From positions 1,828 through 65,827 of the forward strand of contig CAKTVW010000007.1 in assembly GCA_934630495.1 (NCBI GenBank): DNA of 64,000 nucleotides, in the 5' to 3' direction. The notes under the pieces are model-generated. The model saw only the letters and a list, made by a program, of their open reading frames with translations, made no database searches and had not been told where the DNA came from. Numbering within the stretch: the stretch's first letter is position 1; every line of letters begins with the position of its first letter. Made by a program: the position numbers and the translations under genes. This DNA comes from an uncultured Oscillospiraceae bacterium. Lineage in GTDB: Bacteria > Bacillota > Clostridia > Oscillospirales > Oscillospiraceae. Shown piece by piece: positions 46,605-56,937 of this stretch.

Positions 46605-48488
46605 TCATTGTAACTGTGCGGCTTCCAGCGCCTCCGACGCCGCTTCCCACTGCGTCATCAGGCCGTCCAGCGCGGTCTGTTCGGACTCGCGCTGCTCCGT
46701 CAGGCGCAGCAGCTCCTGATAATCGCTCGCCGCCTCGCCCAGTGCTTTGTCAATGGCCGCGATCTCCTCCTCCTTCGCCGCGATGTCGCGCTCCAGACGG
46801 CGAACGGTCTTTTCCGCATCCTTGCTGCCGGTCGAACGGGGCGCTTTTTCTTTTTTCGCGGCGGGCGCTTTCTGCCGCTGCATCGCCTCATGCTCCAGAA
46901 TGGAGCGGTACTTGGCGTAGCCGCAGGGGAAATCGCGGATCGTGCCGTCCTGCAGCTCCCAGATGCGCGTAGCGAACTTATCCACAAAATAGCGGTCGTG
47001 GGAGACAAAGATCAGCGTCCCCTCAAATTCGTCGATCGCGCATTCCACCCACTCGCGCGAAGCCACGTCGAGATGGTTCGTCGGCTCGTCGAGGATCAGC
47101 AGATTGATCTTTTCGTCCATGAGCATACACAGCCGCAGGCGCGACTGCTCTCCGCCCGAGAGCGTACCGACCGTCTTAAACACGTCCTCGCCCGAAAACA
47201 GGAACGCGCCCAGACGGTCGCGCGCGGTCTGCGGGGTGCAGTTCTTCTCATAGAGCATCGTGTCGTAAAGCGTGCGCTCCGGGTGCTCAAAATGGATCAC
47301 CTGCGGCAGATACGCCCATTTGACGGACGGGCCGAACTTCACCGTTCCCTCGCCCGCCAGCTCGCCCAGCAGCAGCCTGATAAACGTCGTCTTTCCCGTT
47401 CCGTTGTCTCCCAGCAGGGCGATCCGCTCGCCGCCGCGCACCTTCAGCTCGATCCCGGAGAACAGCGTGCGGTCGCCGAAGCGCTTGCCGAGATTCTTTA
47501 CCGACAGCACCTCGTCTCCGTGGAACTCCTTCTCGCCGAAGCGGGCGCGGAGCGTCTTTTCCTTTGTCGGCCGCTCGGTCTTTTCGATGCGCTCCATGCG
47601 GTGCTGAATGGACATCGCGCGGCGGTAGAGCACGCGGTTATTGATGCCCCAGCCCTTCATGCGCTCAACGGTGAAGCCGAGCTGCCTGAGCTTCGCCTGC
47701 TCCTGCTCATATTGTTTAAGCTGGCGGTTAAAGCGCTCCTGCTTCTCCTGCAGATAGAATGTGTAGTTTCCGCTGTAAAAATCCGCTTTTCCGCCCGTGA
47801 TCTCAATGATCCGTCCGACAACGCGGTCAAGAAAATAGCGGTCGTGGGAAATGGTCAGGACCGTTCCCTTGAATTTTTTGATATATTCCTCCAGCCACTC
47901 CACGCTCCGCAGATCGAGATGGTTCGTCGGCTCGTCGAGGAGCAGGATATCCGTCCGCTCAAGCAGCAGACGCGCCAGATTCACGCGCGTTTTTTCGCCG
48001 CCCGAAAGGCGGTCAAACTCCTGCGTGCGCATAGCCTGCGGGATTCCGAGGCCGTTGCACACCTTGTCGATATTGGTGTCCTGCTCGTAGCCGCCGCCGA
48101 CAAGATAGGCGTTCGTCAGGCGGTCGTACTCCTCCAAAAGGCTCTTCGGTGCGCTGCCCGTCAGCCGTTCGGCAAGCGCCTCCGCCTTTTGACGGATCGC
48201 CTCCAGCTTGGCGAAGGCCGTGCGCAGGACATTCTCGACCGTATAACCGGCCGGGTAGTGCGGGATCTGCGAGATCAGCCCCAGGCGCTTGCCCGGGGCG
48301 ATATAAACCTCTCCCTCATCCGGCGCAAGCTCTCCCGTGAGGATGCGGAACAGCGTCGTCTTCCCGCAGCCGTTTCGCCCCATGATGCCCACGCATTCTC
48401 CCGCGTGGATCTCAAAGCTCAGGCCGTCGAGCAGCGTCGTGCCCACCTCAAAGGACTTGACCAGATCCTTTACTGCAATTTCAACCAT
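46605..48488 (-). CDS. ABC-F family ATPase (two NBDs, no TM domain, C-terminal coiled coil)
   Basis: 627 aa. Two Walker A sites (GRNGCGKTT, GDNGTGKTT) and two LSGGE signatures. Confidence 0.85.
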   Translation of the reverse strand: MVEIAVKDLVKSFEVGTTLLDGLSFEIHAGECVGIMGRNGCGKTTLFRILTGELAPDEGEVYIAPGKRLGLISQIPHYPAGYTVENVLRTAFAKLEAIRQKAEALAERLTGSAPKSLLEEYDRLTNAYLVGGGYEQDTNIDKVCNGLGIPQAMRTQEFDRLSGGEKTRVNLARLLLERTDILLLDEPTNHLDLRSVEWLEEYIKKFKGTVLTISHDRYFLDRVVGRIIEITGGKADFYSGNYTFYLQEKQERFNRQLKQYEQEQAKLRQLGFTVERMKGWGINNRVLYRRAMSIQHRMERIEKTERPTKEKTLRARFGEKEFHGDEVLSVKNLGKRFGDRTLFSGIELKVRGGERIALLGDNGTGKTTFIRLLLGELAGEGTVKFGPSVKWAYLPQVIHFEHPERTLYDTMLYEKNCTPQTARDRLGAFLFSGEDVFKTVGTLSGGEQSRLRLCMLMDEKINLLILDEPTNHLDVASREWVECAIDEFEGTLIFVSHDRYFVDKFATRIWELQDGTIRDFPCGYAKYRSILEHEAMQRQKAPAAKKEKAPRSTGSKDAEKTVRRLERDIAAKEEEIAAIDKALGEAASDYQELLRLTEQRESEQTALDGLMTQWEAASEALEAAQLQ

Positions 48489-49068
48489 TTGATTCTCCGT
48501 ATTGCTCTAAAAATTCTTCCCGTGACATCAGCAGATTCAGCGCCTCGAGGAACGCGTTGCTCCCGAGGTGCTCCGGCAGTCCGAGCCGCCGTATCAGCTC
48601 CCGCCGCTTTTCGGCGCTGTCCGTACTGCCGGACAGTCCCGCCTCAAACAGGTCGGTCTTCGTGATCGGCGCGGACGGTGTGCGGGATTCCTCTGCCTCT
48701 GCGCCCGCGCGCTGCAGCGCTTTCAGAAGGACCTCCGGCGTCATGCCCTCCACGCCGAGCTTCCCCTCCTTGCCGGGAGCGGCCTTGCGGCGTTCCTTCC
48801 CGTAAACGTCGGGGATATAGGCGTGCAGCACCCGATCTCTCGGAAGCGCACCCTTCAGATAATTTCGTATGACAAAGCCCGCTCCGTCGCTGTCCGTCAG
48901 GATGATAAGTCCGCGTTTTTCCGCCACCCGGCGGAGAAATGCCAGCAGCGCCTTGTCCTTCATCACGCCGAAGCCCCGCGTTTCAAAGATCGGCGCGTCG
49001 ATCAGCTGAGATAACGTATTCTTGTCGTATTTTCCCTCCACGACGATCGCCTGACGCAGTTTAATCAT
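48481..49068 (-). CDS. rnmV: Ribonuclease M5 (Toprim)
   Basis: Trimmed to MIKLRQAIVVEGKYDKNTLSQL...LTDSDGAG. Confidence 0.8.
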   Translation of the reverse strand: MIKLRQAIVVEGKYDKNTLSQLIDAPIFETRGFGVMKDKALLAFLRRVAEKRGLIILTDSDGAGFVIRNYLKGALPRDRVLHAYIPDVYGKERRKAAPGKEGKLGVEGMTPEVLLKALQRAGAEAEESRTPSAPITKTDLFEAGLSGSTDSAEKRRELIRRLGLPEHLGSNAFLEALNLLMSREEFLEQYGESNG

Positions 49069-50104
49069 GCCGCATTTCCTCCGCAAGCTGTAAGATCAGC
49101 AGCTCCGCCAGCCGTTCGGGGTCGTCGTAGGAGGTTTTCAGCCGATAGTCCGTCTCGCAGCACAGCACGACCGCCCGCTCGCAGAACCGCTCGGAAAGCC
49201 GCCGCGCCTGCGTCGCCGTTTTATTGATCGTAAAAGGCGGCACGCCGCAGAGCGCCGCGATCTCCTGCACGCTCTTGCCCTCGTTCTGCAGGACCTTTAC
49301 CGCCCGCAGCCGCCGCATCTGGCTCCCGATCGCCGCGATAATGGGGATCGGGTCGGTCTGAAGCTTGAACATCGTGTGCAGCCGCTCCAGCGCACGGTCA
49401 AATTCCCGCTGGGCCAGCGCATCGGAGATCTGGAACACCACCGCGTCAAGCGTCGGCTCCACCACGGCGTCGATATCCTGCCGCACGATGCGCTCCGCTC
49501 CGGCATAGGCGCAGATCTTGTCGATCTCGCCGTCCAAGCGCGTCATGGAAAGTCCGCACTGGCCGAGCAGATAGCTGCAAAGCTCCCCGGAAATGTCCTT
49601 TCCCTCTCTTCGGAAATGGCGCACGATCCATGCGCGGAGATCGGATTCCTGCTGATAGAGGAACTCCGCCATGACCGCGTTTTTTTCCAGTGCGTCCCAC
49701 AGCTTCTTTTTTCGCTTGTCCGGCCTGAAATCGTCATAATGCAGCACCAGACAGACATGCTCCGGCAGATCGGACAGCAGCTCGCACAGGCGTTCGCGCT
49801 CACTCTCGCTCCGCTCGAACAGATCCACGTCCTCGACCAGCACGAGCGAACGCTCCGCCATCATCGGCAGCGCCTCCACGGCATCCGTCAGCAGCTCCGT
49901 CGTAAAATTCTCGGCCGTCAGCCGATGGAAGTTGAACGCCTCCGTCAGCTCGTCGATAAGCTGCCTGCGCAGCTCGCCGAGATAGTAGCGGCGCAGATAG
50001 TCTTCCTCGCCCCAAAGCACATAAAGGCGCCCGATCGTATGAAGCTTGAGGTCCTTTTTCAGTTGTTCGCTCCCGGGCGTTTTGCCCGTCGGTTTGTTTG
50101 CCAT
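49061..50104 (-). CDS. holA: DNA polymerase III delta subunit
   Basis: Trimmed to MANKPTGK...YVLWGEEDYL. Length and position downstream of comEC are typical for Firmicutes. Confidence 0.75.
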   Translation of the reverse strand: MANKPTGKTPGSEQLKKDLKLHTIGRLYVLWGEEDYLRRYYLGELRRQLIDELTEAFNFHRLTAENFTTELLTDAVEALPMMAERSLVLVEDVDLFERSESERERLCELLSDLPEHVCLVLHYDDFRPDKRKKKLWDALEKNAVMAEFLYQQESDLRAWIVRHFRREGKDISGELCSYLLGQCGLSMTRLDGEIDKICAYAGAERIVRQDIDAVVEPTLDAVVFQISDALAQREFDRALERLHTMFKLQTDPIPIIAAIGSQMRRLRAVKVLQNEGKSVQEIAALCGVPPFTINKTATQARRLSERFCERAVVLCCETDYRLKTSYDDPERLAELLILQLAEEMRHD

Positions 50105-50108
50105 CGCG

Positions 50109-52352
50109 CTACCTCGAAATCGTAATGTCGCCGTCCAGATCCGTCCGAAACACCAGCGCACCGCTTGCAGCGATGCGGTCCAGCGTTTCCTGCGTCGGAT
50201 GCCCGTAGGCATTCTCGCCCACAGAGATCAGCACGACCTCGGGCGACACCGCCGTCAGAAGGCGTTCGCCCGCGGCATATTTAGAGCCGTGGTGTCCTGC
50301 CACGAGCACGTCCACATCCGGAAGCTCCTGCCGCGAAAGCAGCCTGTTTTCCGCTTCCAGATCCATGTCTCCGGTGACCAGTATATCATATCCGTCCGGC
50401 GACATCAAGGCCGCCAGTCCGTCGTTGTCGCTAAAAGCCGTGCCCGGTGCATAGAGCGTCACCGTGCCGCCCGAAAATTCCAGCACCGTATTCTCGCGAA
50501 CAAAGGTCACGGGCACGCCGTGCTCCTCCGCAAGCTTCAAAATCTCCTCGCGGTTTCCGCTGTCGTCGGGAATATCGGGCACGAGCAGGCTGCATACCTC
50601 CACCCTGTTCATAAGCTGCCGCACGCCGCCGACATGGTCCGTGTCGAAATGCGTCAGGATCAAGGCGTCGAGCCGCGCATCTCCCCTCATCAGCAGCTTC
50701 CGCGCGGCAAGCTCTCCGCTCACATCGCCGTCGTCCCCGCCGCAATCGACGATCACGTTTACGCCGCCGCTTTGCATCAGAATACACTGCCCCTGCCCCA
50801 CGTCGAGCAGCGTTACGGAATTGTCCGGCCCGTCCAGCCTGCAAAAAAGCACCGTCGCCGCCAGTGTCGCCGTCAGCCCGAGCAGCAGAAAGCGCGGGCG
50901 GCAGCGCTTGCGCAGCAGCAAATACAGCGCGATCAGCACATAGGCCGCCACGAGCCAAAAGATCACATAGGGCTGCTCGGTGTAAAGTGCGGCATACGGG
51001 ATATCCGCCATACGGCCGACGATCCACAGCACAAGGCGGACGCCCCGGCTCAGGAGCCACGCGGCACATCGGCCGATCGGTGCAAAGAGAAAGCCGAGCA
51101 GCAGCGCCGCAAAGCAGCCCGTAAAGACCCAGCCGATCAGATTGAGCACCAGCAGATTGGTCAGCGGCGCGACTACCGAGAAGACGCCGAAGGAGGCCGC
51201 AGCAAGCGGCGCGGTCATGACCGTCGCGCCGAGGCTCGTCGAGAGACTTACCGCGCCGGTGCGGAGAAGTCGGTATAAAAGCGGCAGCTTTTCCCGCAAG
51301 GCGTGGATATGCAGTCCTGTCATAAGCCATTTATAGATCGGCGGCGCAAACAGGAAAACGCCCGCCATGGCGGCGAAGGAAAGCTGCAGGCTCAGGCTTG
51401 CGATCGCCCACGGGTTGCCCGCAAGAATGACCATCAGCGAAAAGCTCAGCGTCGTCGGCGCGTCGTTTTCCCGTTTCAGGATCGGCGCAAGCAGCAAAAC
51501 AGTATTCATCAGCGCCGCGCGGGTAACGGACGGCGTAAAGCCCAGCATCGCCGCAAAGAAAAACATCACGGCGATACTGACGACGGCGGCAAGCCTTCTG
51601 CGCCGCAGACAGAGCAGCATCACGAAGCCCGCCAGCATGGAAACGTGCAGTCCCGATACCGCAACGACATGCGACACGCCACTGACGGACAGATCGTTTT
51701 TCAGCTCGTAGGAAAGTCCGCTTCGGTCGCCGGTCAAAAGCGCCTTGACAAACGGCGCGGTGTCTTCCGGGAACAGCTCGTCGAGCTTTGTCCGAACGGC
51801 ATGGAGCACGGTCCTCGGCAGCTCGCGCAGCGGAACGGTCTCCGCCTTTTGTACGGAAAGCTTCCCGCGCTGAAAGGCCAAAAGAGAGATATCCCGCGCC
51901 TGATAGACAAAGCTTTCCTCCGTCGAAGCACCGGAAACGTCGGTCAGCTCCGCCCGAACGGTGACCGTATCTCCCGGCGTCAGCTCAGGCTGCTCCGTCC
52001 GCAGATAGAGCAGTGCGCGGCCACCGTCAAGCCTGATCTCGACGCTCGAACCGTAGCGCGTCTCGGATGGATAGTCGCAGACCGTCGCCGTGATCGTCCG
52101 CTCCGTCCCCGCCAACGCACGCAGCGGCTCCAGCTTCCACTGCTCATAGCCCCAACACCACAGCAGTCCCACTACCACGCCGAACGCACCGATCCGGAGC
52201 CGCTCGGCACGATCGGAACGGAAAAACAGCAGAGCGATCCCGGCGACCGCCAATACGCCCGCCGAGATCAACGCGGGAATGCCGCGAAGCAGCCAGACAT
52301 AAACCGCCGTGGCGGCCGCATAGGCACCCGCGAAAATCGCCAGCCGCCGCAT
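50109..52352 (-). CDS. comEC: DNA internalisation competence protein ComEC/Rec2
   Basis: Trimmed to MRRLAIFAG. Polytopic competence domain plus a C-terminal metallo-beta-lactamase fold (LILTHFDTDHVGG). Confidence 0.82.
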   Translation of the reverse strand: MRRLAIFAGAYAAATAVYVWLLRGIPALISAGVLAVAGIALLFFRSDRAERLRIGAFGVVVGLLWCWGYEQWKLEPLRALAGTERTITATVCDYPSETRYGSSVEIRLDGGRALLYLRTEQPELTPGDTVTVRAELTDVSGASTEESFVYQARDISLLAFQRGKLSVQKAETVPLRELPRTVLHAVRTKLDELFPEDTAPFVKALLTGDRSGLSYELKNDLSVSGVSHVVAVSGLHVSMLAGFVMLLCLRRRRLAAVVSIAVMFFFAAMLGFTPSVTRAALMNTVLLLAPILKRENDAPTTLSFSLMVILAGNPWAIASLSLQLSFAAMAGVFLFAPPIYKWLMTGLHIHALREKLPLLYRLLRTGAVSLSTSLGATVMTAPLAAASFGVFSVVAPLTNLLVLNLIGWVFTGCFAALLLGFLFAPIGRCAAWLLSRGVRLVLWIVGRMADIPYAALYTEQPYVIFWLVAAYVLIALYLLLRKRCRPRFLLLGLTATLAATVLFCRLDGPDNSVTLLDVGQGQCILMQSGGVNVIVDCGGDDGDVSGELAARKLLMRGDARLDALILTHFDTDHVGGVRQLMNRVEVCSLLVPDIPDDSGNREEILKLAEEHGVPVTFVRENTVLEFSGGTVTLYAPGTAFSDNDGLAALMSPDGYDILVTGDMDLEAENRLLSRQELPDVDVLVAGHHGSKYAAGERLLTAVSPEVVLISVGENAYGHPTQETLDRIAASGALVFRTDLDGDITISR

Positions 52353-52386
52353 CGCCGTTTTCCCCCTTCCGAAATAAAATATAGTT

Positions 52387-52412
52387 AAGGCGGGCAAAAC
52401 GCCCGCCTTTTT
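52387..52412. terminator. Hairpin between the HIT gene and comEC
   Basis: AAGGCGGGC-AAAAC-GCCCGCCTT flanked by T-rich tracts. Confidence 0.45.
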
Positions 52413-52413
52413 A

Positions 52414-52752
52414 TCAGTTAAAGCTGCCCAGCGTCTTACCGCCGAGAACGTGGAAGTGCAGATGCGCAACGGTCTGCCCGGCATCCTGCCCGCAATTGGT
52501 CACGACGCGGTAGCCGTCGGAGAAGCCCAGCACACTGACCAGCCGCGCGATCACGGTAAAAATGTGCCCAACCAGCGCCTCGTTCGTCTCGTTGATGCGA
52601 TTCGCACCGGTGATATGCTCCTTCGGCACGACCAGAAAATGCTGCGGCGCCAAAGGCTGAATGTCGTAAAACGCCACGCACAGCTCGTCCTCGTAGAGCT
52701 TCTTGGAGGGGATCTCCTCCGCAATGATCTTGCAAAATACACAGTCGTTCAT
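52414..52752 (-). CDS. HIT-family (histidine triad) protein
   Basis: ATG at 52752, 6 nt after GAGGTG. MNDCVFCKII...HLHFHVLGG. Confidence 0.85.
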   Translation of the reverse strand: MNDCVFCKIIAEEIPSKKLYEDELCVAFYDIQPLAPQHFLVVPKEHITGANRINETNEALVGHIFTVIARLVSVLGFSDGYRVVTNCGQDAGQTVAHLHFHVLGGKTLGSFN

Positions 52753-52762
52753 CGTCGGCACC

Positions 52763-55402
52763 TCATTTTACATGATTTTCGACAAAATCGTCGGCCAGTG
52801 CAAGGGCGTTGTCCAGCTTCAGCGCGTCCTTGCCGCCGCCCATCGCGGAATCGGGCTTGCCGCCGCCGCTGCCGCCGCAGGCCGTACAGACCTCCTTGAC
52901 CAGCGCGCCGGCCTTGATGCCTCTTTCAACGGCATTTTTGCCGCAGACGGCAAGAATGCTGATCTTGTCGCCGCAGCAGCTCGACAGCACCGCAACGATA
53001 TCCGGGTCGCGGTCGCGGAGCTGGTCGCCCAGCTTGCGCAGATCGCCTGCGGAAATGTCGCTCTCCGTCGCCGTCAGCACCTTGAGGCCGCGCACATCCT
53101 TCGCCGAGAACAGGACGCGGTCGATCTCGCCGCTGAACAGCTTGTCCTTCATCCGCTCGACATCCTGCTTCAGCGATTTGATCTCGCCCATAACGCTGTG
53201 CGCCCGCTGCAAAAGCTCCTTCGGCGTGGTTTTCAGCTCCTCGGCGGCAGTGAGCAGCGTGCGGTTCAGCTGATCCATCAGCTCGATCACGCGCTTACCG
53301 GTATATGCCTCGATGCGGCGTACGCCGGAGGCGACGGACGCTTCGGAGACGATGCGGAACGGGCCGACCTTCGCCGTATTGTCCAAATGCGTGCCGCCGC
53401 AAAATTCCAGGGAATCGTCGCCCATCTTGACCACGCGGACGGTATCGCCGTACTTTTCTCCGAACAAAGCCGTCGCGCCGAGCTTTTTCGCCTCCTCGAC
53501 GGGCAGGACCATCGTCTCGACCTGTGCGCCGCGCAGGATCATTTCCATGACCTCCGTCGACACCCGCGTCAGCTCGTCGGGCGTTACGGCGGAAAAGTGC
53601 GTAAAGTCAAAGCGCAGATGATCCGGCTCGACCAGAGAGCCTGCCTGATGGCAGTGCTCGCCCAGCACGCGTTCCAGCGCGCTCTGCAGCAGATGCGTCG
53701 CGGTGTGCGCACGGCAGATCGCCTGTCTGCGTTCGGCATCTACGGACGCCGTAACGGTATCGCCCAAGCTGACCGTGCCCGAGAGCACCCTGCCGTAGTG
53801 CATATACTTGCCGCCCTTGTTTTTCTGTACGTCGGTCACGTTGAAAACCATTCCGTCCGCGCAGATCGTGCCGTGATCTCCGACCTGTCCGCCCATCTCG
53901 GCGTACATCGGCGTCCGATCCAGCACAAGGATCGCATCCATGCCCTCCGTGACGCTTCCGCACAGCTCCTCGCCGGAAATGATCGCCACGACCTTACCCT
54001 CCGCCGTGGTCTGCTCATAGCCGACGAAGGTGCTTTCGGGGACCTCCTTGCCAAATTCGATACCTGCCCAGCCGAGGTCGCCGAGCGCCTTCCGCGCTTC
54101 CCGCGCGCGCTGTTTCTGCTCCTTCATCTGGCGGGCAAATTCTTCCTCGTCGACGGTCATGCCCTGCTCCTGCACCATTTCCACGGTCAGGTCGATGGGG
54201 AATCCGTAGGTGTCATAGAGCTTGAACGCGTCTGCGCCGGAGAACCGCGTCTCCTGCTTGGCCTGATGCGCCTCGAGCATCTCCGCGAAGATCTTCATGC
54301 CGCCGTCGATCGTCTTGCAGAAGTTTTCCTCCTCGGTCCGAATCACCTTGGTGATATAGGACTGCTTCTCGCGCAGCTCGGGATACTGGCATTCGTTCTC
54401 ATGCACGACCGTATCCACGACCTCATACAGGAAGGGCTTGTTGACGCCCAAGAGCTTTCCGTGACGCGCCGCGCGGCGCAGCAGACGGCGCAGAACATAG
54501 CCGCGCCCCTCGTTGGAGGGCAGGACACCGTCGCAGATCAGGAAGGTCGACGCGCGGATATGGTCCGTAATGACGCGCAGAGACACGTCCATTTTGTCGG
54601 ACTTCCCGTAGGATGCGCCGGTCAGCTCGGTGACCTTGTTGGTGATATTCATCACGGTGTCGACGTCGAACAGGCTCTTGACATCCTGACAGACGACCGC
54701 CAAGCGCTCCAAGCCCATGCCGGTATCGATGTTTTTCTGCTTCAGCTCGGTATAATTGCCCTTGCCGTCGTTGTCAAACTGCGAAAAAACATTGTTCCAG
54801 ATCTCGATATAGCGGTCGCAGTCGCAGCCGACCTTGCAGTCGGGCTTGCCGCAGCCGTATTTTTCGCCGCGGTCATAGTAGACCTCGGAGCAGGGGCCGC
54901 ACGGACCGGAGCCGTGCTCCCAGAAGTTGTCCTCCTTGCCGAAGCGGGAAATCCGCTCCGCCGGGACGCCGATCTCCTTGGTCCAGACCTCGAAGGCCTC
55001 CTCGTCATTTTCATAGATGGAGGGATAGAGGCGGTTCTCGTCCAGTCCGACGACCTTTGTCAGAAATTCCCAGCACCATGCAAGCGCCTCGTGCTTGAAA
55101 TAGTCGCCGAAGGAGAAGTTGCCCAGCATCTCAAAATAAGTGCCGTGGCGATCGGTATGGCCGATGTTGTCGATGTCGCCGGTGCGGATGCACTTCTGGC
55201 AGGTGCAGACGCGGTGACGCGGCGGCTCCTCCTCGCCCGTGAAATAGGGCTTCATCGGCGTCATGCCCGCATTGATCAGCAGGATCGATTTGTCATGCTG
55301 CGGCACCAGCGGAAAGCTGGGCAGGCGCAGATGCCCCTTGCTCTCAAAGAAGGACAGGAACATCTCCCGCAGCTCGTTCAGGCCGTATTTTTTGGTTTCC
55401 AT
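52763..55402 (-). CDS. alaS: Alanine--tRNA ligase
   Basis: 879 aa. Class II core, editing-domain HTATHLL...CGGTH, and a C-terminal DHHA1 domain. Confidence 0.95.
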   Translation of the reverse strand: METKKYGLNELREMFLSFFESKGHLRLPSFPLVPQHDKSILLINAGMTPMKPYFTGEEEPPRHRVCTCQKCIRTGDIDNIGHTDRHGTYFEMLGNFSFGDYFKHEALAWCWEFLTKVVGLDENRLYPSIYENDEEAFEVWTKEIGVPAERISRFGKEDNFWEHGSGPCGPCSEVYYDRGEKYGCGKPDCKVGCDCDRYIEIWNNVFSQFDNDGKGNYTELKQKNIDTGMGLERLAVVCQDVKSLFDVDTVMNITNKVTELTGASYGKSDKMDVSLRVITDHIRASTFLICDGVLPSNEGRGYVLRRLLRRAARHGKLLGVNKPFLYEVVDTVVHENECQYPELREKQSYITKVIRTEEENFCKTIDGGMKIFAEMLEAHQAKQETRFSGADAFKLYDTYGFPIDLTVEMVQEQGMTVDEEEFARQMKEQKQRAREARKALGDLGWAGIEFGKEVPESTFVGYEQTTAEGKVVAIISGEELCGSVTEGMDAILVLDRTPMYAEMGGQVGDHGTICADGMVFNVTDVQKNKGGKYMHYGRVLSGTVSLGDTVTASVDAERRQAICRAHTATHLLQSALERVLGEHCHQAGSLVEPDHLRFDFTHFSAVTPDELTRVSTEVMEMILRGAQVETMVLPVEEAKKLGATALFGEKYGDTVRVVKMGDDSLEFCGGTHLDNTAKVGPFRIVSEASVASGVRRIEAYTGKRVIELMDQLNRTLLTAAEELKTTPKELLQRAHSVMGEIKSLKQDVERMKDKLFSGEIDRVLFSAKDVRGLKVLTATESDISAGDLRKLGDQLRDRDPDIVAVLSSCCGDKISILAVCGKNAVERGIKAGALVKEVCTACGGSGGGKPDSAMGGGKDALKLDNALALADDFVENHVK

Positions 55403-55650
55403 GGATCTTCCTCCAAATAAAAAATATACCCCACCCCCGGCATAGGGGCGAGGCGTTCTCGCGGTACCACCCTAATTATCGCGCAATGCGATCTCTTAGT
55501 CATTCTGTAACGGGAATGGGCCGTCCCGCTCCTCACGGGCAGCTCGGAAGTGGCTGTTCCGGCGTCCTGACTGCGGGGCTTACACCGTTCTCCCCGCTCG
55601 CTGCCGCCATCGGCTCGGAATTAGCTTCCTCAACGCATATTTCGCATGAT
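55403..55650 (-). promoter_or_regulatory. T-box leader (Ala specifier GCC) controlling alaS
   Basis: The minus strand carries the canonical T-box AATTAGGGTGGTACCGCG (55460-55477), then a GC hairpin and a T-run before the RBS. The specifier-loop candidate is GGAACA-GCC-ACTTCC (GCC at 55552-55554). Confidence 0.85.
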
Positions 55651-55658
55651 ATGTTTTG

Positions 55659-55687
55659 ATTTTAGCAAAGTACGCGCATTTTGTCAA
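55659..55687 (-). promoter_or_regulatory. Promoter of the alaS T-box leader
   Basis: Minus strand TTGACA, 17 nt, TAAAAT. Confidence 0.55.
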
Positions 55688-55705
55688 CAGCAATTCTTGC
55701 CGAAA

Positions 55706-55748
55706 GGCGCAAAAACGGGAGCATCCATCCAAGATGCTCCCGTTTTGC
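55706..55748 (-). terminator. Terminator after rplL
   Basis: AAAACGGGAGCATC-loop-GATGCTCCCGTTTT followed on the minus strand by TTTTTGCG. Confidence 0.7.
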
Positions 55749-55764
55749 TTTTCAAAAAAGAAAA

Positions 55765-56133
55765 TTACTTGATCTCTGCGGTAGCGCCGGCAGCCTTCAG
55801 CTCTTCGGCGAGCTTCTCTGCGTCTTCCTTGGAGATAGCTTCCTTCAGGGTCTTCGGGCAGTTATCGGCGATCTCCTTCGCTTCCTTCAGGCCGAGGCCG
55901 GTGGCAGCGCGGATGACCTTGATAACGTTCAGCTTGGAAGCGCCGCAGTCCTTCAGGACGACGTCGAACTCGGTCTTCTCTTCGACGGCTTCAGCAGCGG
56001 CAGTGGGAGCAGCAACAGCAGCAGCAGCGGCGGAAACACCGAAGGTATCTTCCAGAGCATGGACAAGCTCAGCCAGTTCCAGAACGGACAGGCCCTTAAC
56101 TTCTTCGATCAGAGCAGCGATTTTTTCAGACAT
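55765..56133 (-). CDS. rplL: 50S ribosomal protein L7/L12
   Basis: 122 aa. [24 protein letters not shown]...KEAKEIAD. Confidence 0.93.
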   Translation of the reverse strand: MSEKIAALIEEVKGLSVLELAELVHALEDTFGVSAAAAAVAAPTAAAEAVEEKTEFDVVLKDCGASKLNVIKVIRAATGLGLKEAKEIADNCPKTLKEAISKEDAEKLAEELKAAGATAEIK

Positions 56134-56165
56134 TGTAAAATCCTCCTAAAGTAATTTTAAGTGAG

Positions 56166-56693
56166 TTAGGCTTCCGCAGCTTCTGCGGGAGCGGGGCCTT
56201 CCTTCTGCAGACGGATCTGGTCAAGAACAAACGCCAGAGAAGAGATGGGGGCCAGGAACGTGCCGAGGACCTGAGCGATGAGCGCTTCCTTGCCGGGAAG
56301 TTCGCCGAAGCCCTTGAGCTGGTCGACGGTCATGACGGTACCTTCAACGAAACCGCCCTTAATGTTGAGAACATTCTTGTTCTTCTTGGCAAATTCGCAA
56401 ACGATGCGAGCCGGAGCGATGGGGTCGCCGGTGGTGGTAGCGAGAGAAGTCGTGCCGTTGAGCAGCTCATCGAACTGAGTATAGCCGACCTTATTGGCGG
56501 CAAAACGGGTGAGCGTATTCTTGACGACGGTGTATTCTACGCCAGCTTCACGGAACTTATTGCGCAGCTCGGTATCCTGTGCGACAGTGATGCCCTTATA
56601 GTCGACGAAGACAGCGGCAGTGGAAGCCTGAAGCTTGTCGGCAAGTGCATCAACGATTGCCTTCTTGCTTTCGAGTACCTTGGAATTGGGCAA
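56166..56693 (-). CDS. rplJ: 50S ribosomal protein L10 (TTG start)
   Basis: 175 aa. TTG lies 7 nt after GGAGGTG. The gene is immediately upstream of rplL. Confidence 0.9.
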   Translation of the reverse strand: MPNSKVLESKKAIVDALADKLQASTAAVFVDYKGITVAQDTELRNKFREAGVEYTVVKNTLTRFAANKVGYTQFDELLNGTTSLATTTGDPIAPARIVCEFAKKNKNVLNIKGGFVEGTVMTVDQLKGFGELPGKEALIAQVLGTFLAPISSLAFVLDQIRLQKEGPAPAEAAEA

Positions 56694-56830
56694 TGTGTGT
56701 CACCTCCGAAAAAAATCCTCATGCCAAAAGACATGAGGACACAAAAAACATATCGTTCAGTGCAACCTCGGCAGGACTTACGGCTCTAAACCCCCTGCTG
56801 TCTTTGGCAACGCACCTATTATAGCAAAAT
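56694..56830 (-). promoter_or_regulatory. rplJ 5' leader, possibly an L10-responsive leader
   Basis: Long untranslated region with the hairpin CCTCATGCC...GACATGAGG upstream of rplJ. The position matches the Firmicutes L10 leader, but the fold was not verified. Confidence 0.3.
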
Positions 56831-56937
56831 TGAAGCACTTGTCAAGCACTTTTTTTGCTTTTTTGAACGATTTTTGTAATTTTTTTAAGGCCGACCGGTC
56901 GGAGTGGGGCATCCTTTGCAGTGCGCCCCGGTTTCGG